Notes under the pieces: model-generated
Told to the model about the DNA's origin: nothing
Seen by the model: only the letters and a program-made list of their open reading frames with translations
The model's database searches: none
Assembly (NCBI GenBank): GCA_964562705.1
Contig: CAZLUI010000001.1
Coordinates: 28,543-85,809, forward strand
DNA length: 57,267 nt
Direction: 5' to 3'
Origin: an uncultured Staphylococcaceae bacterium
GTDB lineage: Bacteria; Bacillota_I; Bacilli_A; RFN20; CAG-826
Shown: positions 16,976 through 25,341 of the stretch, piece after piece
How positions within the stretch are numbered: position 1 is the stretch's first letter
Layout: every line of letters begins with the position of its first letter
Program-made: the position numbers and the translations under genes

Positions 16976-18282
16976 TGAACGATATTTCTTTAATTAATGG
17001 TTTGGTCTATTTAAACGATAAATGGCAACAAACGAACTTGTCTATTTTAGGCGAGAAGATTTCCTATATCGGACCAGAAATTAAAGAAGCAAAAGAAATG
17101 ATTGATTGCCAAGGATTAAAAATCATGCCTGGTTTAATTGATCCTCATGTTCATTTTGAACTTAATTGTGGCCGTTTAACTTCGGTTGATGATTTCTATT
17201 ATGGCAGTGTTGCAGCCGCTTATGGTGGAGTGACAACAATTATCGATTTCCTCGATCCAACTAGCAACGCATTAGATTTAGAAAAATCATATTTTGAACG
17301 TCTTGCTCTAGCTAAGAAATCAATTGTCGATTACCACATGCACGCTTGTATAAAGATGCCAAACGGTTCATTAGAAGAATATGTTAAAACAGTACTTAGA
17401 CTGGGCATGAAAACCATTAAACTTTTCACCACCTACTCCGATACTGGTCGAAGAACATATGACAAAGATATTATTGAATTATTGAAATTATCCCAAAAAT
17501 ATAAAATCATGCTTTTAGCCCACATTGAAGCGGATGACATGATTTCAATTAAGGATGAATTCACCTATAAAGATTTGCCAATTTCTCGTCCTGGTTTTTC
17601 TGAAACATTGGAAGCGTTAAAGCTGGCTTCCTATGTCCGCGAAAATGGTGGTTACTTATATATGGTCCATTGCTCAAGTGGTGAAACATTAAGACATTTA
17701 AAAGAAGAATACGCTGACATCCTTGGCAAGCATTTGTTCATAGAATCTTGTCCTCAATATTTTGTGTTTAATAATCAAGTCTTAGACGAGGAAAACGGCA
17801 AGTTATTTACTTTTGCTCCACCATTAAGAAGCGAAAGAGAAAGACAACTATTAGTTGCAAACTTTGATTTCCTAAATACAATTGGCACGGATCATTGTGC
17901 TTTTAATTCTAGCGACAAAGATTGGCCAACATTAGCCGGCTTTCCTCTTGGGGTTGGTGGCATTGAACATTCCTTCTCTCTTATGTATAAAAGATTTGGG
18001 GATAAGGTCATTGACAAAATGAGCAAAAACGTTGCAGTTTTAGAAGATTTCCCAACAAAAGGCCAATTAAAAGTGGGAATGGACGCCGATATATCAGTCT
18101 TTAAAGAAATGGATGACTATTTTGAACAAGCTGGTCATGGCAAATGCGACTATTCAATTTATGATGGTGTTCTTGGTAGTGGTCAATTTGTTCACACTCT
18201 TGTGCGAGGAAAGTTTGTTTTAAAGAATCGTCAAATAGTTAAACACGTCGGTAAAGAAATTATCTGTGGAGCAGACAAATGA
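16975..18282 (+). CDS. hyuA: Cyclic amidohydrolase, D-hydantoinase/dihydropyrimidinase family (HyuA/YgeZ-like)
   Basis: PGLIDPHVHF, GGVTTIIDF, KLFTTY (carboxylated-Lys position), AHIE, VHCSS, ESCPQY, APPLR and GTDHCAF. The start ATG 16975 overlaps the upstream stop; the track ORF from 16876 is an in-frame extension inside the previous gene. Confidence 0.88.
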   Translation: MNDISLINGLVYLNDKWQQTNLSILGEKISYIGPEIKEAKEMIDCQGLKIMPGLIDPHVHFELNCGRLTSVDDFYYGSVAAAYGGVTTIIDFLDPTSNALDLEKSYFERLALAKKSIVDYHMHACIKMPNGSLEEYVKTVLRLGMKTIKLFTTYSDTGRRTYDKDIIELLKLSQKYKIMLLAHIEADDMISIKDEFTYKDLPISRPGFSETLEALKLASYVRENGGYLYMVHCSSGETLRHLKEEYADILGKHLFIESCPQYFVFNNQVLDEENGKLFTFAPPLRSERERQLLVANFDFLNTIGTDHCAFNSSDKDWPTLAGFPLGVGGIEHSFSLMYKRFGDKVIDKMSKNVAVLEDFPTKGQLKVGMDADISVFKEMDDYFEQAGHGKCDYSIYDGVLGSGQFVHTLVRGKFVLKNRQIVKHVGKEIICGADK

Positions 18283-19580
18283 AAGCATTAATTAATGTCC
18301 GTATTTATGATTATCAAAATTATATCGAAAATGGATATGTTGTTTTTGACAAGCAAATTTGTGAAGTAGGCTCAATGGATAAGTTTGTTGATAAGGGCTA
18401 TGAAATTATTGATGGCAAAGGACAATTGTTACTTCCATCTTTCGTGTGTGCTCACGCTCATATATATTCAATATTTGCGCGCGGTTTAGCTCTTCCGTTT
18501 AACCCTAAATGTTTCTTAGATATTTTGACTCAGATGTGGTGGAAAATCGATGCGAAGATTTCCAATAATATTACATACTATTCCGGCATCGCTGCCGCTA
18601 GCGAATTTTTGCTAAATGGTGTGACTACAGTCATTGATCACCATGCTTCTGGAACTGATATTATTGGTTCTTTGACTGAACTCAAAAAGTCGGTTTGTGA
18701 TGTAGCGCATATGCGTGGCATTTTCTGTTTTGAGACCAGCGATAGATACAATATCAATGAATGCATTAAAGAGAACATTTCTTATTATCTCGATAATCAT
18801 AGTCACGATACATGTGGTCTATTTGGTATGCATGCCTCAATGTCTCTCTCAGATGAGACTTTATCAAAGGTGGCAAAAAATCAAAAAGATTGTCCGCTCC
18901 ATGTTCATGTGGCGGAATCAAAAGATGATGAGGTTGATTCTTTAAATAAATATTCAACATCAATCATCTCTAGGTTTGATCGTTTTGGCCTTCTTAAAAA
19001 AGATTCCCTTATTGTGCACGGAGTTGCATTAAGCGATGCTGAACTTGATATCCTTGCAAAACGTGATGTTTATCTTGTCGTTAATACCACGAGTAACATG
19101 AATAATGCGGTAGGTTTACCGAATGTGAAGAATTATTTAAACCACAATCTCAAAGTTATGGTTGGCAACGATGGACTAAGTTCAAATATGGCAAGTGAAT
19201 TTATGAATGTCTATTACACATCCCATTTATTGAATGCCTCTGCTAAAGAACTCAATCTTGGTGATGTTATCAATATGATCAATAACGCTTATGAATATGT
19301 TTCGAAGCGTCTTGATATAAAACTTGGAAAGATTGAATCTGACTACGAAGCTGATTTCATGCTCGTGAAATATATTCCTTTTACCTCAATGGATAAGAAT
19401 AATGCTTTTGGTCATGTTTTCTTTGGTTTATTTCCTTGCTTTAAGCCCTGTGATGTTTATTCACACGGAAATCTTGAAGTGAGCAATTATCAATTAACTA
19501 ACAAAAAACTTCTTTCTGAATTAAAACATGCAAATAAAGTAGCAGATGAATTATGGGCCCTAGTTAAGGAGGAAAAATAA
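18279..19580 (+). CDS. ssnA: SsnA-family amidohydrolase (chlorohydrolase/deaminase-like)
   Basis: Matches E. coli SsnA as recalled: P.FVC.H.H.YS...RG, LWW..D and G.T.VIDHHAS....GSL. ATGA overlap with hyuA. Confidence 0.82.
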   Translation: MKALINVRIYDYQNYIENGYVVFDKQICEVGSMDKFVDKGYEIIDGKGQLLLPSFVCAHAHIYSIFARGLALPFNPKCFLDILTQMWWKIDAKISNNITYYSGIAAASEFLLNGVTTVIDHHASGTDIIGSLTELKKSVCDVAHMRGIFCFETSDRYNINECIKENISYYLDNHSHDTCGLFGMHASMSLSDETLSKVAKNQKDCPLHVHVAESKDDEVDSLNKYSTSIISRFDRFGLLKKDSLIVHGVALSDAELDILAKRDVYLVVNTTSNMNNAVGLPNVKNYLNHNLKVMVGNDGLSSNMASEFMNVYYTSHLLNASAKELNLGDVINMINNAYEYVSKRLDIKLGKIESDYEADFMLVKYIPFTSMDKNNAFGHVFFGLFPCFKPCDVYSHGNLEVSNYQLTNKKLLSELKHANKVADELWALVKEEK

Positions 19581-19582
19581 CA

Positions 19583-20677
19583 ATGGACATCAAAACAAAG
19601 TTTGACGGATTAGAACTTGCTAATCCACTTATGCCAGCCGCTGGACCTCTCGTAGGTGACGCTGAGAAGATGCTGTGGCTTGAAAAGGAAGGCTGTGGCG
19701 CAATTGTGTCAAAAACAATTTCAACCAAAGACGCCCACATACCTCATCCTTGCATTTACGGCGACAAAGATTACATTATGAACTGTGAACTTTGGACTGA
19801 ATATTCCAAAGAGAAATGGATTAATGAATTTTTACCGGAATTTAAAAAAGGTAGTGATGGCAGACCATTAATTATCTCCGTTGGTTATAGCAAGGAAGAT
19901 ATGGCCGTTCTGATTCCTTTACTTGATAAGTTTGCCGACGCTTTCGAAGTGTCAACTCACTATGTCGGTAATGACTTATCAGAAATCGGCAGAACAGTGG
20001 CGATGATTCGCTCCTTAACAAAAAAACCAATATACATGAAGATTTCGGCTCATATGCCTGATCCAGAAGGATTTGCAAAAACAATCAAAGCTAATGGTGC
20101 CTCTGGTGTCGTGGCAGTTAATTCTCTTGGACCAAGTATGAAGATTGATATTGCTTCTCGTTCAATTATCTATGGAAACTCCAAAGGTTTTGCTTGGACA
20201 AGTGGACCATATATTAAAAATATTGCATTAGCAACTGTCTATACAATTAAACAAGCTGAACCATCTTTAACCGTTATTGGTGTTGGTGGTGTTCAAAGTG
20301 CCGATGATGTCATTGAATTTTTACTTGCTGGCGCTTCTGGAGTGCAAATGCTCTCTGCCGCCATGCTAAGAGGTAAAGGCTTATATCGTAAAATTATTGC
20401 TGATTTACCAAACGCTTTAGCAAAATATGGTTTTAAGTCAGTTCAAGAAGTTATTGACACTCATCTAGTAAATCACGCTGTATTTGGTAAAGGCGATACT
20501 CCAAAACTTGAAAAAGAAAAATGTATTAAATGTGGTACATGTGAAAAAGTTTGCCCTTATTTTGCAATTGGAATGAAAGATGGACCAGTCTTTGATGCCA
20601 AGAAGTGCTTCCGTTGTGGCTTATGTGTTTCAAAATGTCCAACTAAAGCATTGTCATATAAGAAAGTGGAAGAATAA
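19583..20677 (+). CDS. Orphan PreA/DHOD-like flavoprotein with a C-terminal 2x[4Fe-4S] ferredoxin domain
   Basis: DHOD-type N-terminus (GLELANPLMPAAGPL), FMN phosphate loop (IGVGGVQSADDVIEFLLAGASGVQ), CIKCGTCEKVCP and CFRCGLCVSKCP. The canonical S-C-P catalytic motif is replaced by FEVSTHYVG (STH at 19952-19960). No PreT-like partner is adjacent. Confidence 0.75.
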   Translation: MDIKTKFDGLELANPLMPAAGPLVGDAEKMLWLEKEGCGAIVSKTISTKDAHIPHPCIYGDKDYIMNCELWTEYSKEKWINEFLPEFKKGSDGRPLIISVGYSKEDMAVLIPLLDKFADAFEVSTHYVGNDLSEIGRTVAMIRSLTKKPIYMKISAHMPDPEGFAKTIKANGASGVVAVNSLGPSMKIDIASRSIIYGNSKGFAWTSGPYIKNIALATVYTIKQAEPSLTVIGVGGVQSADDVIEFLLAGASGVQMLSAAMLRGKGLYRKIIADLPNALAKYGFKSVQEVIDTHLVNHAVFGKGDTPKLEKEKCIKCGTCEKVCPYFAIGMKDGPVFDAKKCFRCGLCVSKCPTKALSYKKVEE

Positions 20678-22788
20678 TGCTCGCTTATAAAAGCAAATAC
20701 CCAACCTCGACGCCTAAAGTTGACCAAGAAATAAAAGTCAAAGGGGAAGCAAAATATACCGATGACATTTCTATGCCTGGTATGCTTTTTGCACGCAGTC
20801 TTAGAAGTAACATATGCCGTGGTGAAATAGTGAATGTCAATGTTCCTAAATTGCCAGATGGATATTTCTATGTCGACTCCAAAGATATTAAAGGTGAAAA
20901 TGTCACCAATATTATCTTTTCGGATTGGCCAGTTTTTGCTGAGAAAAAGATTAATTTCTTCGGTGAGACAATCGCTTTAATTGTCGGACCTGATAAACGT
21001 GTTATTGATCAAATTATTAAAGAGATTGTTGTCGAATATAAGGAAGAGACACCGGTATTTGAATTATCACAAAGCTACATTCATAAGTCATTTACCAAAG
21101 GCAATCTTGAAGAAGCTAAGAAAAAAGCGGTCAAAGTGGTTGAAGAAGAATATTCAACTGGCTATCAAGAACAAGCTTATTTAGAACCACAAGGCATGCT
21201 AGTTTATTTTGACGAAGAAAATAAGCTTACTTGCATTGGTTCCATGCAGTGCCCTTGGTATGTGCATCGCGCGGTTATGCGTGCCTGTGCCTTAAATAAT
21301 GAACAAGTAAGAGTTATCCAACCTGCTGTTGGTGGAGCCTTTGGAGGTAAGGAACATTATCCTTCCCTTATCGGGGCTGAACTTGCAACCGCTTTAATCA
21401 AAATTAAAAAGCCAATTAAGATGTGTTTTGAAAGAACTGAGGATTTAATGTTTTCAACTAAACGCCATCCTTCACTTAGTAAATATAAAGCCTACATTGA
21501 TAAAGACAACAATATTCTAGGAATGGATGTTAGCGTCAAACTTAACGGCGGAGCATATAAAGGTTGTAGTGGCGTTGTTTTAAGCCGTGCCTTAATTGCT
21601 TCAGCTAATGTTTATCGCATTCCATCCTTAAATGTTGTTGGTGATGTTTATATGACTAACACCGTGCCAACCGCTGCCTTTAGAGGCTTTGGCTCGCCGC
21701 AGACAATATTCGCTATGGAAATGTTCATCCATCATATTGCTAAAGCGCTTAACATTGATCCTCTTGAACTGAGAATGAAATATCTCGTCAAGAAAGGTGA
21801 TATCACAACCAATAGCGGTGAGTTCCATGATCCAATTATCATGCCTGAGCTTATTGAAGAAGCGATGAAGATGAGCGATTACAAACGCAAGATTGTCGAA
21901 TATTCAAAACCAGGTTGCAACAAAGGCATTGGCATGAGTTTCTTCTTACATGGTTGTGGTTTTACCGGCAATGGCGAATCAGACATTATCAAAGCCAAAG
22001 TTAGATTAAATAAAGATGAGAATAACATTGTTCGTGTTTATGCTTCCAGTGTGGATATGGGTCAAGGCAACAAGACAACCTTAAAACGAATTGTCGCCAA
22101 GAATCTCGATATTCCAAACGAACAAGTAATTTTTGATAATCCTGATACGAGCGTCGTTCCTGATAGCGGTCCAACAGCCGCTAGCAGAACTATCATCATT
22201 GTTGGTTTCTTGATGGAAAAAGCTGCTAAAAACCTCAAAAAAATCTGGGAAGATGGCAAGAAGCAAGAAATTATAGAACCATATGTTGGACCTAGTTATA
22301 TTCACTGGGATGAAGAGAAGATGCAAGGCGATGCTTATCCATCTTATTCTTGGGGCGTCAATATTGTCGAAGTTGAATTTGATCCAATTTCCTATCAAAT
22401 TGATGTGAAACATATTTGGTCTACTTACGATGTTGGTCGTGTCGTTGATGAGCGAATTGCGATTGGTCAAGCTGATGGCGGAATTATCCAAGGTATTGGC
22501 TATGGCTATATGGAAAATATGAACTGCCGCGCTGGCAAGTTTGTGCAAAAATCCCTTGGTGATTATATTGTGCCTACCTCAATGGATGTGCCTTTGATGG
22601 AAACAAAATTCATTGATAATCCATTTATTTATGGTGCCAATGGTGCGAAAGGAATGGGCGAACTTACTCTTGTTGGTGGAGCCCCGGCTGTTGCATTAGC
22701 AATCGAGAATGCAATCGGTGTTAAAGTTAACGATATCCCGTGCAGTCCTGAATATATTATGGAGCGAATAAAAAATGGCAAGAATTAA
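20677..22788 (+). CDS. Molybdopterin-binding large subunit, xanthine dehydrogenase-like (703 aa)
   Basis: AVGGAFGGKE (Glu codon at 21352-21354, the position of the purine-binding Glu of XDH), TAAFRGFGSPQ (XDH Arg motif) and GAKGMGELT (catalytic Glu). Confidence 0.88.
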   Translation: MLAYKSKYPTSTPKVDQEIKVKGEAKYTDDISMPGMLFARSLRSNICRGEIVNVNVPKLPDGYFYVDSKDIKGENVTNIIFSDWPVFAEKKINFFGETIALIVGPDKRVIDQIIKEIVVEYKEETPVFELSQSYIHKSFTKGNLEEAKKKAVKVVEEEYSTGYQEQAYLEPQGMLVYFDEENKLTCIGSMQCPWYVHRAVMRACALNNEQVRVIQPAVGGAFGGKEHYPSLIGAELATALIKIKKPIKMCFERTEDLMFSTKRHPSLSKYKAYIDKDNNILGMDVSVKLNGGAYKGCSGVVLSRALIASANVYRIPSLNVVGDVYMTNTVPTAAFRGFGSPQTIFAMEMFIHHIAKALNIDPLELRMKYLVKKGDITTNSGEFHDPIIMPELIEEAMKMSDYKRKIVEYSKPGCNKGIGMSFFLHGCGFTGNGESDIIKAKVRLNKDENNIVRVYASSVDMGQGNKTTLKRIVAKNLDIPNEQVIFDNPDTSVVPDSGPTAASRTIIIVGFLMEKAAKNLKKIWEDGKKQEIIEPYVGPSYIHWDEEKMQGDAYPSYSWGVNIVEVEFDPISYQIDVKHIWSTYDVGRVVDERIAIGQADGGIIQGIGYGYMENMNCRAGKFVQKSLGDYIVPTSMDVPLMETKFIDNPFIYGANGAKGMGELTLVGGAPAVALAIENAIGVKVNDIPCSPEYIMERIKNGKN

Positions 22789-23257
22789 TTTTATTTTAAA
22801 TCATCAAGCTTTATCAATTGATGTCGATCCAAGTAAGAGATTGCTGGATTTTATCCGTGATGATATGCACTTAAGTGGCACTAAAGAAGGCTGTGGTGAA
22901 GGTAGCTGCGGCGCTTGCGTTGTCCTTATGGATGGTTATTCAGTTAACTCATGTCTTATTCCAATGGCTAATGTTGTTGGCCATGAAATAATCACTATTG
23001 ACGGTTTCAAAAAGACTGAAGAATTTAAAGTCTTGTCGGAAGCATTTGCTGAAGAAGGTGGTTCCCAATGTGGATTCTGTACCCCAGGAATGATTATCGC
23101 TTCTCAATCTTTACTGTCTCATAACCCTCACCCAAGCGAAGAAGAGATTCGCCACGCTTTAGCGGGTAACCTCTGCCGTTGCACTGGTTATCAAGCCATT
23201 ATTCATGCTGTTCAACTTGCTAGCAAAATCGGAGGAAAATTATGGGAGAAAAAGTAA
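22775..23257 (+). CDS. [2Fe-2S] small subunit of the second Mo-hydroxylase
   Basis: GCGEGSCGACV, QCGFCTPG and CRCTGY. 14-nt overlap with the large-subunit gene. Confidence 0.9.
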   Translation: MARINFILNHQALSIDVDPSKRLLDFIRDDMHLSGTKEGCGEGSCGACVVLMDGYSVNSCLIPMANVVGHEIITIDGFKKTEEFKVLSEAFAEEGGSQCGFCTPGMIIASQSLLSHNPHPSEEEIRHALAGNLCRCTGYQAIIHAVQLASKIGGKLWEKK

Positions 23258-24084
23258 TTCCAAGCTCTTTAGCTGAAGCATTAGATTTCTTGTCTACTCA
23301 CGATTGCAATATTGTGGCAGGTGGTAGTGACATAATGCTTCAAAAGAAAAATACTGCTGGACTGCTTCCACACTTTGATAAGGATGTTCTCTTTATTTCC
23401 AATCTAAGAGAACTTCATTATGAAAGAAAGGAAGATGATAGTGTCCATATCGGAGCAACGATGACTCTAGAAGAAATTCTTGACCACACAATTACTCCTC
23501 AAGTATTGAAAGATTGTCTTTCGGAATTGGCCTCAAGCAACATTCGCCATTTTGCGACTTTGCCTGGCAATATTGCCAATGCCTCACCAGCAGGCGATAC
23601 AATTGTGGTCGAAATCTTACTTGACGCAATGGTTAAATTGACTTCAAAAACTGGTTCTCGCTATGTGAAAGTAGAAGACTTTGTTAAAGGCGTTCGAAAA
23701 ATTGATTTACATAACGATGAATTGATCGAAGAAGTTATATACCCAAGCAATGATTATGATGTGATTAAATGGTTCAAAGTAGGTTCTCGCAAAGCAGAAT
23801 CAATTTCGAAAGTATCATTTGCCGGCGCATACAAAATTGAAGGTGGCAAAATCAAATCAATTTCGATTGCATTTGGTTCTGTGTTTATGAAGGCTATTCG
23901 CTCCCATGAGCTCGAAAAAGAACTCATCGGCATGAGCTTAAAGGAGCTAAGTTCTTCTATTGAAGAATTTGTGTCCAAATATAGCAATGTCATCAGTCCA
24001 ATTGATGACCAAAGATCGAACAAAACTTATCGCCGCAATGTGGCCGAAAACATTGTTCGTGAATTCTTAAAAGAAATTAAATAA
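23242..24084 (+). CDS. FAD-binding subunit of the second Mo-hydroxylase
   Basis: VAGGSDIMLQ and IRHFATLPGNIANASPAGD (CO-DH flavoprotein family). RBS GGAGG at 23230-23234. Confidence 0.85.
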   Translation: MGEKVIPSSLAEALDFLSTHDCNIVAGGSDIMLQKKNTAGLLPHFDKDVLFISNLRELHYERKEDDSVHIGATMTLEEILDHTITPQVLKDCLSELASSNIRHFATLPGNIANASPAGDTIVVEILLDAMVKLTSKTGSRYVKVEDFVKGVRKIDLHNDELIEEVIYPSNDYDVIKWFKVGSRKAESISKVSFAGAYKIEGGKIKSISIAFGSVFMKAIRSHELEKELIGMSLKELSSSIEEFVSKYSNVISPIDDQRSNKTYRRNVAENIVREFLKEIK

Positions 24085-24095
24085 GGAGGAAATAG

Positions 24096-25340
24096 ATGAA
24101 TTATATTAAAGGCTATCGTTGCACGATTTGCCACAAATTCTTTCGCCCTGATGAAGTGGATTTAACCTGTCCTATCTGTGGGGAAAAAGGCATTCTTGAT
24201 ATTGAATATGATTACGATGCTTTGAAGAAAGTATTAACCAAAGAATACTTCGCCAAAAATTCTAATTATTCAATGTGGAGATACACTCCAATAATGGGCA
24301 TTGAACCAGACCATGTCGATGAAATGTTACGCGTTGGCTGGACACCATTATATGAAGCGAGGAACCTTGAAAAGATTTTTGGCATTAAGAAGCTCTACAT
24401 CAAAGATGATGGACTTAATCCGAGTGGTTCAAGTAAAGATAGAGCGAGTGGTGTTGCTGTCTTAAAAGCAATTGAAGCAGGTGCGAAAACTATCGCTTGT
24501 TCCTCAACTGGAAATGCAGCCTCATCATGCGCTTGTCAAGCAGCTCATATGGGTTTAAAGGCGGTTATCTTTGTTCCAAAGAGAGCTCCAATTGGCAAGG
24601 TTACTCAAATTAGTCTTTACGGTGCAACTTTAATAAGTGTCGATGGAGACTATAAAGCGGCTTTCTCTTTATCAAAGGAAGCTATTAAGAAATACGGCTG
24701 GTACAACCGTAATGCTGCAATCAATCCATTTATGATTGAGGGCAAGAAAACTGTATCAATGGAGATCGCTGAACAACTTCATTTCCAACCAACAGACTGG
24801 GTTGCTGTTAGTGTCGGAGATGGTTGTACAGTTGGAGGAGTTTACAAAGGTTTTGCGGAGTTTTTTAAACTCGGTTTAATCGATAGAATTCCTCGTATAC
24901 TCGGTGTTCAATCAACTGGATGTGAGCCATTTGTTATTGCAAGTCACAATAATGAGTCTCTCAAAGAAGCCGATGAAAACACAATTGCTGACTCAATCGC
25001 TGTCGGCATTCCAAGAAACCCTATTAAGGCTCTTAATGCAATTAAGTTATCTAATGGGGTATGGATTTCAATACCTGATGATGATATTATTAAAGCAATG
25101 GCTTTACTTGGCAGAACTGAAGGCATCTTCGGTGAACCTGCCGGAGTAGCCGCTATCGCTGGTATTAAGAAAGCGATTGAAGAAGGAATCATTAAGAAAG
25201 ATGAGACTGTGACTATGATTGTGACAGGCAACGGACTTAAAGATCCATTGAATGCCCAAAAGGCAATCACCCCACCAACCCTTATGAAACCAAGCTTAGA
25301 TGACTTGGACAAATTTTTGAAAGAAAAAGGAGCAATTTAA
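24096..25340 (+). CDS. Threonine synthase-like fold-type-II PLP enzyme with an N-terminal CxxC...CxxC zinc ribbon
   Basis: YRCTICHKFF...LTCPICG zinc ribbon. LYIKDDGLNPSGSSKDRA (ThrC-type PLP-lysine motif), SSTGNAASS and a Gly-rich loop. RBS GGAGG. Confidence 0.7.
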   Translation: MNYIKGYRCTICHKFFRPDEVDLTCPICGEKGILDIEYDYDALKKVLTKEYFAKNSNYSMWRYTPIMGIEPDHVDEMLRVGWTPLYEARNLEKIFGIKKLYIKDDGLNPSGSSKDRASGVAVLKAIEAGAKTIACSSTGNAASSCACQAAHMGLKAVIFVPKRAPIGKVTQISLYGATLISVDGDYKAAFSLSKEAIKKYGWYNRNAAINPFMIEGKKTVSMEIAEQLHFQPTDWVAVSVGDGCTVGGVYKGFAEFFKLGLIDRIPRILGVQSTGCEPFVIASHNNESLKEADENTIADSIAVGIPRNPIKALNAIKLSNGVWISIPDDDIIKAMALLGRTEGIFGEPAGVAAIAGIKKAIEEGIIKKDETVTMIVTGNGLKDPLNAQKAITPPTLMKPSLDDLDKFLKEKGAI

Positions 25341-25341
25341 T

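Noticed and set aside
22081-22548. 155-aa antisense ORF inside the second Mo-subunit gene, and similar antisense or alternative-frame ORFs (e.g. 24944-25312, 26235-26657, 37929-38390, 44369-44680, 47324-47605)
   Set aside because: All lie within well-supported conserved genes, lack SD sequences and have low-complexity, family-less translations, which is typical of spurious shadow ORFs in A/T-rich DNA.
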